From: the human T2T-CHM13v2.0 reference genome, Homo sapiens
Direction: 5' to 3' (one strand)
Length of the DNA: 64,000 bases
NCBI RefSeq assembly: GCF_009914755.1
Contig: NC_060927.1
Every line of letters begins with the position of its first letter. Position 1 is the stretch's first letter. The position numbers and the translations under genes were made by a program. A model generated the notes under the pieces. That model was not told the origin of the DNA. It made no database searches and saw only the letters and a list, made by a program, of their open reading frames with translations. Below are positions 36,965 to 51,789 of this stretch, piece after piece.

Positions 36965-37704
36965 TCCACCGAACCCTGCAACCAGATATCCGATTAGGAA
37001 AGAAAAGGATGACCCTAAAATGCAAGTCAGGAGTGCCAGAGGAGTCATCAAGGATCATGTCTGAGAACAGTGAAGTGGATTAGGGATTCTGTCCTGTTTA
37101 GCTTGAAGTCTATCTGGCAGCTGGCAGCCACACAGGATCTCTTCACGGGGGCGTTATGAACAGAAGTAGGAAACCGCTCACTTGGCTGCCAGAATTTGGA
37201 ATGTGAGACGTTTCAAGCTGCATCCATTTCTGAAGAATCCGAGGTGTGTGCATGTCTTGATTTCAGCTGACCTTTCTCTCCAAACCCTTCCTACTCTGCC
37301 TCCTTCTGCTTAAAACACACACAAACACCCCGAGTTCTGAGTCAGGGAGTTAATCCACTTGGGTTGCCGACAGTCCCACCCAGCCGTGCTCTGGGGGCTG
37401 TCCCTTCCTGGACTTAGGACAGTGTGGGGCGCAAGCCACCTCCCCTGGAGGCTCCCGCTGCAAACACTCCTAGGGCCTAACGCAGATGCTCTATGAGCCC
37501 CCAGAAAGACAGGCCCAGCCTAGGAAGGCTGAGAGGATGGCTAGAGCAGTGGTAAGGTGCAGCTCACGGGCTGGCGGAAGGGGGCGGCTGGGCTCCGCGC
37601 CAAGCAGTGCTGCTTGGTGAGAAGGCAGGCCGAAGGTCAGATTCTCCCATTTTTCCAAAGTAAGATGAAAGTCTGGATTCTTATTATTTTATCTTAATAA
37701 TATT

Positions 37705-38482
<778 letters not shown>

Positions 38483-38639
38483 TAATTTTAATTAATGTCA
38501 TTTTAATATTACTAAAATTATATTACTTTATTATTTTACAAGCTTTAAAATTGTCGCAAGGCCAAACAAAACGTATCTGTGAGCTGGAAATATGTGGGGC
38601 ACTGGGGACAGAGGCAGAGTGTCTCGATGGCCTCTGCTG

Positions 38640-38728
38640 GCATGTGGTGCCTGGCATGTTGTAGGCAGTCAGCAAACAGTTCCTGAATGAATGAATAAAT
38701 GACTGGATGGATAAGTGAATGAATGAAA
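38640..38728 (+). mobile_element. L2 3' end
   Basis: GTGCCTGGCATG...TGAATGAATGAA tail. Confidence 0.65.
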
Positions 38729-39499
38729 GGGTTGGCAGGATGCCCTGGTTCCCACGGGGCTGGGATGCTCACGTTTGCCCCGTATCCCAAGAGAGAACAC
38801 TGTGTCCAGAGGGAGGTGGTGGAGCTGGCATGGACACAGGGCTGGCTGGCGGCCACCCGCGGCCAGGAGCAGGACTGGGGAGGCCAGGCGCTGCTTGGAT
38901 CAGCCTTGGAGCCCCTATGGGCACTCCGGTTCTCCAGGCAACAGCTTCCAGTCCTTTAGCCCCTCATGTCACGGTTTAACACACACACAAGCCCCAAAAG
39001 AGGCCCCCCACTGCACCCCTCAACGTCCTCTCTGTGCAGCTTTTCCCAGCCCTTCACATCTGCAGGAGACTCAGTCCTGAGAGGCCAGGCCGGGATGGGC
39101 GGGGGCTAAGAAGGGAGGGAGGAACCAAGGTTTCTCCTCCAGCCCAGGGAGCCAGGGGCTGGCATTCTGTGTCCAGGACTTCGGGCCCTCTGTGAGCCTC
39201 TGTCCGCCAAGGCGATGGAGCTGTGTTTGGAGTCCCTCGTGAGTACAACACTCCACTATTGTGCCTGTGTGCACGCTGTGCCATGGATATGTGCGCCCCT
39301 TTTATTTGGGTACACAACCAGCTATGTTTTGTGTGTACACCACTGGAGTTATACGTGGGTAGGGGTGCACAATGTGCAGGCTTCTGGAATGTGAGTGTAG
39401 GTCTCCTTGTGTGCAAAAACCACCTACTATGTGCATCGGTTTGAAAAGACCATAGTGTGTGTTTGTACACCAATGTGTGTATGTGTGCCCCACCTGAGG

Positions 39500-40260
39500 T
39501 GTTTCTGTGCATGCAAAGGCTGCGTGTGCGCCCCTGTGTGTGTGCGCACCCTTTTGTGTGCATACACCCTGCTGTGTGTGCCGGTGCGCACATCCCCAGG
39601 GCCGAAGCGTGAGAGTGGCCCCGGTGTGTCCCGGCGGCGCTGCTTGGCTCTCTCGCCTCACTTTGAATGCTTACCGTCTGAATCTCCCACTGCAGACGTC
39701 AGGCCACGTGGCCCTGAGTGTTCGTGGCGGCCGGGCCGGCTCAGGGATCCCAGGCTGTGGCTCAGGGATCCCAGGCTGTGGCGCTGGGGCGGTGCGCTGG
39801 CCGTGGGTCGAGAGGTCGCTGCGCCCTGCATTCCTGGCCGCGCGCGCACAGGCTGGAATCCGTACATTCCATTCATAACATTCCCGCAAGCGAGGGGAGG
39901 AGACGCAAAGCCGGGGAGTGAGTGATTAAAGAAAAGAAAGAAGGGCTTCTTGCAGCTCCGGGCTGTGTTTTTTCCTGCGCGCCCTGGCGCAGTCCCCGGC
40001 TCGGAAAGGCAGGAGCACGTGAGCGGTTTGCAGAGCAGCCCGGCCCAGCCGCGCGCCCGTGGCCGGAGGCTCCATTTACCCTCCGCGGAGGGCGCTGTGC
40101 GGCAGCACTTAAGCGGCAGCTTCCTCTCTCCCAGGCGGCCTTTGTGGCTGTGGCCGGGACAGGGAAAAGCTGCCCAGGCCAAGAGGGCGGGGGCGTCAGG
40201 GGCAGCCAGCGCCGCCTTTGCGCAACTGAAGCGGATGAAGCCGCCTGCTCTCAGGTCTTC
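39500..40260. promoter_or_regulatory. CpG island (candidate promoter/enhancer)
   Basis: Dense CpG and high GC; palindrome GGCCACGTGGCC; GACGTCA; CATTCC motifs; GTGAGT donor-like site at 39918. Confidence 0.8.
39738..39782. repeat. Perfect 21-bp tandem duplication
   Basis: GGCTCAGGGATCCCAGGCTGT twice plus GGC. Confidence 0.95.
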
Positions 40261-40277
40261 TAAGGAGAAGGTCTTTT

Positions 40278-40360
40278 TATCACTCCCATTTTACAGATGA
40301 GGAAATCGAGGCTCAGAGACAGGAAGTAGCTTGTGCCATTCATTAGGGTCCCAGGCCTGG
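40278..40360 (-). mobile_element. MIR fragment
   Basis: CCCATTTTACAGATGAGGAAATCGAGGCTCAGAGA. Confidence 0.8.
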
Positions 40361-41749
40361 TACCTCCTCCCGTTGATGGCAGTACCGATTGCCTTTGCAA
40401 GGACCCAGCCCTTCACCGTGTGTTTCTGCTCTCCTGACCCCCACATCTCCCTTAGCTCAGTGACACTCTCCTCTGGGACCGTCCTCTTCATCCTCCTGCA
40501 TTTTCCAGCGCCCCTTCTCTTAGCACTGTGTGTGCCGTCCCACTGCCTCCCCCGCTGAGCTAGGCCTTCCCCCAGGACAGGTCCTGTGAACCACCTGTGC
40601 GAGGTCAGTGGGCAGCATGGATCCTAGATGTAGGTGGGCAGTGGGGCAGGCGGGGGTCTATCTGGGGGACGTCCTGACATATGGAGGGATGGAGCATGGC
40701 TTTCCTTGAGACAGAGCCGTGAAAACAGGAGAGAAGAGGGAGAATCTGACCTGGCACCCAGGTGGGCAGGGAGGCCCATGGGATGGGGGACGACCAACTT
40801 GTCTGGGACAAATGGTGCGAGACACTCTGCCACGACAACTCTGGCCACATCCCAGAATTGGGCAAGGGCAACATGGAGAAGGCGGCTTGATTCCAGGTGC
40901 CACTGGCCCTGGCCAGAGGTGAGGCTGGAAAGGGTGCAGGTTTGCTGTGGGCCTCTGAGGACAGCTTTCAGGAGCTGGAGGTTGGGGGCGGGGGGGGGGG
41001 CGGGGAAAGGGGGGCAGCAGGGCAGCCCCTGCAGAGGGAACTGCAAGGAGAAAGGCTACATAGGAGGGAACATGGGGTGGGCCTTCGGGTCACCTAGCAG
41101 GCAGATGGGGACAACTGGGTGGTTAGATTATAGAGTACCTTCTTCAGAAGCCCGAGGGCAGAGCGATGTCTTTGCACGCCCTCTGCTACACTTCACACAG
41201 GCTGGCATCCTGTATTTGTTCAGTTGATTGTTCCTGTCTGCCTCCCAGATTCACCTGCAGAGCAGAGTAGGTGCTTAGAGGTTTGCTGATTGATGAAGAA
41301 GGTGCTAGAACAGGCTGGGCCCTAACACTCCCTGCTTTGTCAACCAAACATCAGGTTAAAACACCAGGTAGGAGCCTGTCCTGGGCTGGCGAGGGCTGGC
41401 CAGGTAATTGAAGGTCATCTCAGCAGGGCACTCCCCCCACTCAATCGCCTAGAGCCATTCCCCAGTGTGGTGTGACCTTGGGCAAACCCCTTCATGTCTC
41501 TAGCCTCTGTGGGCAGCAGTGGTCCTGGTGTCTCCATCATGAGGGAAGTACAGACAGCACTAGGAATGCTGTCTGCACAGAGGTCACTCAGTAGAGGTGT
41601 GCTGGCTCTTTCTTCATCACTGACCTCTTCATCCTCCTGCATTTTTCTGGCCACGATGAGCTCCTCTGAAGCCGTCCTTCCAGCACAGAAACTCCAAGTT
41701 GCCCTGATTTGTGTTCACAAAGGCACCAGTTTTCAGCAGTTTAGAGGAC

Positions 41750-42378
41750 TGAGTGGTTCTCAAAGTGGTCCAGAGAGCTCTGGGGCCCCGATACACTTTC
41801 AAGGCATCTTCAAGGTGAAAACTCTGTTCGTGACAATGTTAACATGTTACTTCTGTCTCATTCTCTCTCAGGGGTATGGCAGCAACTTCCAGCAGGTATG
41901 ATGATGTCACTGCTCCGACAGCCAATGGGCAGGGGCCATGACGTCACCACTCTGACAGCATGTGTTCCTGGGCTTTAAAAGTTCCTCCAAAGTTGGTTAA
42001 GGGATACAGACATACAGTTAGGTAGAAGGAACAAGTGTTATAAGTTAACAATATTTTCTTGTATATTTCAGTATAGCTAAAAGAGATTTGTAATGTTCCC
42101 AACAGAAAGAAAAGACACATGTTTAAGGTCTTATATATCCCAGTTACCTTGATTTGATCATTGCACATTGTATATGTGTATCAGAATATCACATGTACCC
42201 CCAAAATATGTACAACCTAATATAGATCAATAAAAATAAATAAGCTTTTCATTTTCATTTCAAATACATTAAATACCAATAGGTGTAACTCACCATTTAA
42301 AAAAGGTCCTCAGCAATTTTTATTTAATTTATTAAGAGTGAAAAGGGGTCCTGAGACTAAAATTTTGAGACTCGCTGG
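41750..42378 (+). mobile_element. hAT-Charlie element (MER119-like) interrupted by an L1MA 3' end
   Basis: AGTGGTTCTCAAAGTG left end; GGGTCCTGAGACTAAAATTTTGAGACTCGCTG right end. Confidence 0.6.
41990..42243 (+). mobile_element. L1MA-type 3' UTR fragment
   Basis: TTACCTTGATTTGATCATTGCACATTGTATA...ACATGTACCCCCAAAATATGTACAA...AATAAA. Confidence 0.8.
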
Positions 42379-43099
42379 ATTAAATAGAGTTTAAATCCAG
42401 GTTCTGTCCCTGAACGTCTACAAGGCCTAGAGGAAATTACTTTAAACATGTGAAGCCTCAGTTTCTCTTCTTAAAAGGAGAGAAAAGGCACCTTCCTCAT
42501 TGTGTGATGTGGCTCATTACTGAGACAATGCAAACAAAACACACAGACATGTGCCCAGCCCTCCTGCATGGTGGAGCTCTCCTTCCGGGTGGAGGCTGCC
42601 AGCTGCCCTGGCTTGCGCTCCAAGGACCAGGGTGCCCATGGACTCTGAAGGGACTCTTAGCAGCTAGCTCCTCAAAGGCTGGCCAACAAGGACAAGCAGA
42701 GCCCCTGCCCCAGAGCATTCATCCAGCCTGGCACCCTCCCCAGGCGGGCGCCCGGCCAGCTCCCTGAGTACACATTTTCCTACATGTCTAAGGTGTGAGA
42801 AAAGTAACACATTTGTTGTTGATCTTGTTGGAAAAGGCCTGGTTTTAAAGAGCAGTGTGTTTTTAACTTGTTGCGAAGTACATTCTGTAATTCCTGACCA
42901 AAATACCAACTGACGTTAAAAAAAACCTCCTTCATGGAAAAAATATTTTGTTTGGAGAGTGATCCTTAAACGCTAGTGGAGGGTGCAATGCCTCCTCCTA
43001 AGGCCATTCCAGGAGGGTCAGCCGTCCCCCCAAGAGTGCTGGGACTCAGCCTGGACAGCCTGGCTTCTGCCACAAAAGGCACAGAAGTCAAACATCCAG

Positions 43100-43900
43100 A
43101 GAAAACCACAGGGGAAAAGGAGCTATTCAAGTTGAAAAGAGAATTCAGTGAGGTGGCCAGTTACAAAATAAATATACAAAACTTTGCGGCTTGCCAAGTG
43201 CCCCAAAATAGTCGTAACAAAATATATTGGGGGAAAAAAGGCCCCATTCACAATTCAATAAGAAATTAGAAATTCCTAGGAGTAAACTAAACAAGGAAAC
43301 ACATACAGGACCTAAAGTCAGAGGGCTCCAACTATTACCTGAGAAGCACAAATTATTTAGTAAATGGAGAGATATATGTATACATGTCCCTGGATAGGAA
43401 GACACAATATTGCAAAAATGTCCATTTTCTGGCAATAAATATTTGAAAAGAAAACCAGAGCAGCAGGGAATGAGATTTGCCTTATCAGATATTAAAGCTA
43501 AAAGTCTTTTAAAAATTGAATTCCTGATGCCAGAATGCAGTGGCACAGAATCAGAACTCCACATGCCCACCGGAAGTTATGTAAGCATTTAATATGCGAT
43601 AAGATGACCTTTCAAATTAGTGTGTAAATCATAGGCGTTTTTCAATAAACAGTTTGGGCAAATGGCCAATCCCTTGAAATGAAATAAAGTTAGCTTTCTG
43701 TTTTTCACTCTAGGTGGATTAAAGATTCAAACGTAACATGAAACCATAAAAACACAAGAAGCATATTTCAGTGAATATTTATGTAATCTTGGGGGTAAGG
43801 GAGAACTTAATAAATACGAAACCAGAGATTAAAACAATAAGGGAAAAGGTAAATGGGTTTGACCAGAAAAAAATTTAAAGTTTCACTGTGTCAATAAATA
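43100..43900 (+). mobile_element. Old L1 ORF2 fragments
   Basis: KREFSEVASYKINIQ; ALSDIK; A-rich and degenerate. Confidence 0.65.
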
Positions 43901-44062
43901 CGAACCAATCTGTGCATTAAAAATGAACTCTAGTAGGTTTGACTGCAGACATTTTCTACTTCTTGATAATACGGGGCAAGATGAAACTTGCCACGTTCAT
44001 CCAGGCAGGGAATATTCATCTAGTGATTGTAAAAAAAAGAAAAAAAGAAGAAAAAAAAAAAA

Positions 44063-44467
<405 letters not shown>

Positions 44468-44496
44468 TCAAAACTCAAATTAACAACAAGGTTTGG

Positions 44497-44812
<316 letters not shown>

Positions 44813-45197
44813 CTAATAACAGCAGATGGCAATCAGCTTGGAGATACCTATCCATACTGTGACTCAGAAGTTTTCTGAAATATTCATCTAGTCTTGCAGT
44901 AGGCTGTTTTCAGAGAAATCTTCCTCTGCACTTTTTTAGTATTTTTTTCATCATCCCATGCTATTTCCTTTTTCTTCTACTCATCACTGAAAGACTGAAT
45001 GCTCACAGCCTATCACATAAATAATAACAAATAAATGTACAATTTCAAATGGTGCTATGGAAGAAAGTTCCTGATTGTAGATGGTCTATGGGTGTGTCTT
45101 TCTAATTTTAATAGTTTTCTGTTCATTTCAAGGTGTATTAGAAAGAATCATTTTCCATTTATGGGAGATATATGACATTATCTTTTTTGTAATCCTT

Positions 45198-45504
45198 CTT
45201 TTTCTTTTTTTTTTTAATTGAGACAGAGTTTTGCTCTGTTGCCCAGGGTGGAGTGTAGTGGTGTGATCATGGCTCACTGCAGCCTCAACCTCCTGGTCTC
45301 AAGTGATATTCCTGCCTCAGCCTCCTGAGTAGCTGGGACCAAAAGTGTACACCTCCATACATAGCTGGTTTTTAAAAAACTTCTTGCAGGGATGGGGTCT
45401 GGCTGTGTTGCCCAGGCTGGTCTGGAACTCCTGGGCTCAAGTGATTCTCCTGCCTTGGCCTCTCAATGTGCTGGTATCACAGGCACGAGCCACTTTACCT
45501 GGCC
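45198..45504 (-). mobile_element. AluJ
   Basis: Poly-T then dimer, CACTGCAGCCTCAACCTCC. Confidence 0.9.
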
Positions 45505-45889
45505 ATTTCCTTTGAAATAAATATATTTCAGTAAGGACTTGATTGGAAGAACAAGATTACATACATACTAATACAGGTGGTTCAAGTGCATGGGGAAATT
45601 CATGACCTTGACAAGGAAAAGGGCATTGGCGAGATACTGCTGACCTCAAAGAGCAGCTGCAGAAAGGCTTGGCTCAGGCTGCCTGTCAGGACCACTAATG
45701 AGAAACATTGGGAGATTAGACAAAGAGGTCTAGACAAAGTACAGGGGCTTGAGCTGGGGCAGGGGAGCAAAGGGGTGATTCTGGAGGGGTTGAAGACAAT
45801 CAAGGGAGTGGGTATGGAGGATAAGAATAAGAATATCTCAGCTATGGCAGAAAAGCCTCCTGGTACAACCCTGGCCAGGCTTGAACAGA

Positions 45890-46165
45890 GGCAGTGGTGA
45901 GGGGCTCAGCTCTGATGCCAGGCTTCCTGGGTTCAAATCCCAGCTTATTCTTCCTAGTCGAGGTAGTGGCTCTCTCTGTCCTTGGCTTTCCCGGGTGTAC
46001 AATAAGGATGATAAGAGTGGCCATCTCATGGAACACTGACTATGCCTTAACTTCTTTCTCTACAAAATGGAGCCATAAATAACCCCTTGCTCATAGAGAG
46101 GCATGAGTGTTGAGTGATTCCTAATGTGAAGCGCACAGAACAGCTCCCTGTGGAGGCAGCACTCA
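45890..46165 (+). mobile_element. MIR fragments
   Basis: CCTGGGTTCAAATCCCAGCT; CTACAAAATGG. Confidence 0.6.
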
Positions 46166-47130
46166 GTAGTCGTCACTTCCATTCCCTCTGCAGATTCCCA
46201 TCCTGACCACTGCCCATATGAATGGGAGGATGCACAGACACCTAGGTGGGCTACCCTGCATTTTCCAACCCCTTTTACCCTCTGATCTGCTCAGTGTCCT
46301 AGGAGGGTCACCTCTAGGGGCCCTCGCCCTTGGGGTCCTGCAGGACAATGGGAAGCTCTGACATTGGCTGGCAGGATAAAAGTCCCAGGTTGTCCTGCCC
46401 CCACACCCAGCCCTGTGGGCATATTTTGGGAGTGGCTTCCTCTTCTTCGTCCCTGCAGGCCCAGGAGGCTCACATCTCTCCCTCCAGGGCTCCACCATCT
46501 TGTTGGTCCCTTCCCTACTGGCCACTCCCTGTTGCTCACCAGCTCCTACCTTAAACTCTCTTCTGGCACCCCTTGCAGTGACCCTCTGTGCCTGCCCGGC
46601 CTTCCTGTGACTGAAGTCCCACACGAGTTTTGTCTCTATCTGCACAAAGCTCTGCTTGCTCCCTCTAAACCTTCAGTTTGCAAGCTCCCAATCAGCTGCA
46701 GAAGCTCACCTTGGGGCCCTACCCTACACCCTCCCGCCCCCAACGGGCCCATTTCCCTGGACCTGCCCCTCTCAGGCCCCATCCTGGCGCCTGTGTGGTC
46801 TCCTTCAGCAAGATTCACAGCTCTCCCACAGCAGGATGGGACTAGCTCTTTGCTCTGCTTCCCACCCACCCCCATGGTGGCGGAAGACCAACCTCCAATA
46901 GCCTGGTAAGAATTATGTCCATTGTTAAGTCAGAATTTGCTTCACTGCAGGGTGAAACCAGACCACAGAGAACCTTTTGAATGTCATGTTAACCCTGGAA
47001 GTGATGGGAAGCTCTGCTCAGAAGGTGTCTGAGTGAGCAGGGGTGGGCTGACACTAAAGAGAGGAAGCTGCTCACAGACCAGACCCAGAACTGCTCACCC
47101 AACCTTGCTGTCCCCAGCAGCCTCCGTCTG

Positions 47131-47452
47131 TTCCTCCCCTCCCTCCCTCCCTTCCTCTCTTCCTTCCTTCCTTCTTTTTTATTTCCTCCCTACTTTCATT
47201 CCTTCCTTCCATCCTCCCTTCTGCTTCCTTCTTCCTTTTTCCTTCCTCCCTCTTTCTTCCCTCTTCTTTCTTGCCTCCCATCTTCCTTTCTTCTTCCCCC
47301 TTTCCTTCTTACCTTCTGTTCTTCCTCTTTCCTCCTTCTTTCCCTCCTTCCTTGCAGCTTTCTTCTTCCTTTTTCTTCTTCCTTCCTCCTTTCTTCCTTC
47401 ATTCTTCTTTTCCCCTTTCCTCTTTCCTTTTTTCTTTTTTCCTTCTTTTCTT
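47131..47452. repeat. Polypyrimidine (CTTC/CTTT) low-complexity tract
   Basis: ~320 bp of nearly all C/T. Confidence 0.9.
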
Positions 47453-48474
47453 GGGGTCAGGAGGTGTTTCGTGGCTTGAATAGACACAGTTCAATACTGG
47501 TATTGATAGCAAATTTCAGCCACTCCTGACACAGTCTCCCCTACCCAGACATTGCGGAGGCAAAGTTTGTGAAACACGGCAAGGTTTCAACAGTGTTGGA
47601 AATTGGAAATATTGCTCAATAGCTCATCAGAGGCCTTCCCTGAGCATTAGCGTGTGACAGCTGTGTGGGGCAGCCAGCTATCTGATGCCTTCCTCCCCCA
47701 TGCCCACGCTTCGTTTCCAGCACCACCTTGAGACTGCAATTCCCAGCCACCTAAGCAGCCCCAAGAAGAGCCCTCTGAGAGGCCACACTGACCTACTGGG
47801 GGAGCCCAGGAGACCCAGGGGCCTTGCGCTTTGGGTTTTGATTTTTCTTGCCAGAGGAAAACCCTGCAGATTGCTGCAAGCTGCGGGAATAAACTCATGC
47901 CTTTGTGGAAGAACAGCCAGACCACAGGCTCTCAGAAGACTCAACTCTCAGGACAGCAGAGGCTCACGACACTAAAGCCTCTAGGCCACCAGGAAGTTGG
48001 CAAGAAATGTTTTGCTCAAGTTACCCTTCTTTCAAGAGGTAGCGGGAGGGGCAGTCATCCACTCTGTTTACCAACAAGCACCAGGTCCATATGGATCTCC
48101 TCTCCTTCAAGTAGGAGTAAACAGGGGGAAATGAGGCCTGAAAAGATTCTAGATCAGAGAAGACAGAGACTGAATGTTCCGCCATGGGCAAAATTGAGGA
48201 AGTTGTCAGGAAGCTACACTCACAGAGGAAGAGCATATTTGTTGAGACTACTCACTACAAAAGCAAAATGTACATTTCAGCAAACATTTGCAAAGCAATC
48301 TCAATAAAACTCTAGAAAACTGGAAAATCTGTGAAACAAGATATGAGTGCTAATAAGGCAAGAAGCGAAGATTATATGGGAGATGTCGAGGGGCAAGATA
48401 TGAATAGATTTTTACCTTTTCATTTGGAAATGAAAGAATGAAGGAAAATGGTAAGAATAAGAATAGTACAAAGA

Positions 48475-48795
<321 letters not shown>

Positions 48796-48932
48796 TCACC
48801 TATTGCTAGCATTTTGCCACAGTTGCTTTACTATCTTCTCTGTCTATATGTATGTGTGTGTATACATGTACACACATAGGCATGTATATACATGAACACA
48901 CATACATGTATATATACATATATATATCTACA

Positions 48933-48976
<44 letters not shown>
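48933..48976. repeat. (TATC)11 STR within a TA/CA-rich stretch
   Basis: Counted directly. Confidence 0.95.
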
Positions 48977-48979
<3 letters not shown>

Positions 48980-49381
48980 ATATATATATCTATGTAAAAT
49001 TTCTTTCTGAACCATTTCAGGGTAAGTTGCATAAATCACAGGCCTTTACCCCTATTCCAGTGTGTATTTACTAACAATAAGGCATTTTCATTTATTGTGC
49101 TGTTACTGATTTCAGTGGCTTTTACATTGATATATTTCTTTCTCAAGTCCAATGTCTATATGCCAATTTTGTCTGTTGATCTCATCATGCCTTTCATAGT
49201 ATTTCTTTCCTTCAGTGCAGGATCAGGTTTAGGATCAGGTATTGCATTTAGTCATCCCATTCTTTAATTTGGAACATTTCTGTAGCCCTTCTTTGACTCT
49301 GTATGACATTAACATTTCTGAAGCATATGATGCCTTCTCCCTTTGTTTAATAAAGAACGCATCTCTCATTTTGCTGGTTAG

Positions 49382-49752
49382 TGTATAAATCTGTTCTTAC
49401 ACTGCTATAAAGAAATACCTGAGACTGCGTAACTTATAAAGTAAAGAGGTTTAATTGGCTCACGGTTCTGCAGGCTGTACAGGAGGCATGGCTAGGAAGG
49501 CCTTGGGAAACTTACAATCATGGTGGAAGGTGAAGGGGAAGCAGGCACACCTTCACTTGGCCAGAGCAGGAGGAAGAGGGGTGGGGGGAGGTGCCACACA
49601 CTTTTAAAAAACCAAATCTCAGGAGAACTCACTCACTATCACGAGAACAGCAACCCCCATGATCCAATCACTTCCTTCCAAGTCCCCCTCCAACACTGGG
49701 GATTACAATTTGACATGAGATTTGGGTGAGGACACAGAGCCAAACCGTATCA
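49382..49752 (-). mobile_element. MSTA-like MaLR solo LTR inside an old L1 3' UTR
   Basis: GGCTCACGGTTCTGCAGGCTGTACAGG...GCCAAACCGTATCA; TSD GTTAG / GTTAT. Confidence 0.88.
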
Positions 49753-51169
49753 GTTATATTCAGATTATTCGTTCCAGGCTGGGTACCCATGAGCATGCCC
49801 TCAGAGTATCACATTTGCAGGCACAGAATGGCCATTGACATCTCACGGGCTGGAGTTGTGATCCTGGTGGAGATGTGGGACAGGTTGCTTTCACTGGTAT
49901 TCATGAATCACACGTTCTTATGTGCTCTCTCTCTCTCTCTTTTGCTCGCTCTCCCTCCTTTCTGAATTGTTAAAGTGACACCATCCTGTAAAATGTGACA
50001 GTGAATTCACATGCTTGTCTTTCCTCCCTCCCATACCCCTACAAGAATCAAGCTTTTGCGCCAGCCCCACAGGATGAGGCAGAGAAGCAACAACAGACAA
50101 GAGGGGGCAAGGTGTTGGAAGACAGAAGAGGGAGCCCTGAGCTCCCCAGGCCAGATGGCTTCTGAACTCGGACTCCATGAAGTGTTAGAAGGCACTCAGT
50201 GTCCACACTCTGTATTGTGTAACACTCTCTCCAGGGGTTGAGGCAGCACCCGGTAGTATGCATCAACATTCCCATGGTGACAGTTATGAGTATTCATACT
50301 AAGTAGGGCAAGTGAAGACTATAATGGCTTCAGTCAGTTCAGGTCAAGTTTTGCCACTACATGAATTCAGGGCAATTCGGGTTTTTCTGGCAAATTGTTA
50401 ATGAACAAAATGTCAGTTTTCAGAGCCTTGTGAGGTTGGGATGGGAATGAAGGACTGTGGCCAACCTGATGTTGAAACCAAGCCTCTAGGAAGAGAGCAA
50501 ACAGTGCTGCCCATTAGCACCACAGAGCCCAGGCTGTCATGGGGACTAGTGCTGGAATGGGACGCTGCTGGAAGCAAGAGGTCTTAGGAGTGTCCTCCCT
50601 GGCTCCTCCAGTGGTGTCCTGGCCTCCCTCCTAGTTGGTGCTGGTGGAAAGCATCTCTGAAGAGGAGGTGTGAACCTGCCACGTAAGAGTGAGTAGGGGT
50701 CACCCAGGTGCAGAGTCAGAGGAAATTGCCCGTCCTGCTCCGTGAGGTGGAAGCACAAGGCCAGTGAGGGCCAAAGTGGTCACTGGGAGGGGCAGTACCA
50801 TTCAAAGGACAAGATTAGACTCCAGCTGCAATAGGAGCTGCTGGGAGATTTCAGGACCGGGAGTAAACACATCCGATTTGCACTGTGAAGAGATCACCCA
50901 GGGCTGCTGCGTGGAAAGTAGGATATAGGGATCCGAGGGGGAGTAGAGGCTGGTGGAGAGTCCTGCAGCTGGGAAAGGCCTGAGGGGTGGGGGGCTTGGG
51001 GGGCATGCCCTGCGGGGGCCCGCTATCGGTGCACAGACAGCCCTGGATGGTGCGGGCAGGAGAGGAACAGGGGTCCAGGGAGCTCCCAGGCTTCTGGCAT
51101 GAGAAACAGAATGGAGGAAAGCCCACCCCGCTCCCTGGCAGCTGCGCTACAGTGGTTTGCAGCCAACTC

Positions 51170-51262
51170 CTGGAATAGGCTAACTCGGTTCAAATCCCAG
51201 CGTCACCACCTACTCGCTGTGTGATGTTGGTTAAGTTATTTAATCTCTCTGGGTCTCAGTGA
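51170..51262 (+). mobile_element. MIR fragment
   Basis: GGTTCAAATCCCAGC...GCTGTGTGA...AAGTTATTTAATCTCTCTG. Confidence 0.75.
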
Positions 51263-51471
51263 TAACTTGATGATAGTGTTTAAGCGTCCTGAAACAGGGC
51301 CTGGGGCTTAAGAGTGCCCTCTAACAACGATCCTGTCCTTCCAGGGCCTCGGGTTCTCCTTTGCCAAGATCCCTCCGCGGTGAGTATTCACTTAGCACCC
51401 AGGATCTTTAAACCAACCAGTGCATTCCCTTCTGAAGAGCCTTCAACTTCACTTTAAAAAATCCTGTGATG

Positions 51472-51789
<318 letters not shown>

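Noticed and set aside
39054-41227. Many overlapping 100-197-aa ORFs around the CpG island
   Set aside because: Expected from high GC and GT-repeat content; open on both strands with no domain signal.
46194-46245. Possible 52-nt plus-strand exon (TCCCTCTGCAG / TAG|GTGGGC)
   Set aside because: Weaker donor and no clear branch site; such AG/GT pairs arise often by chance.
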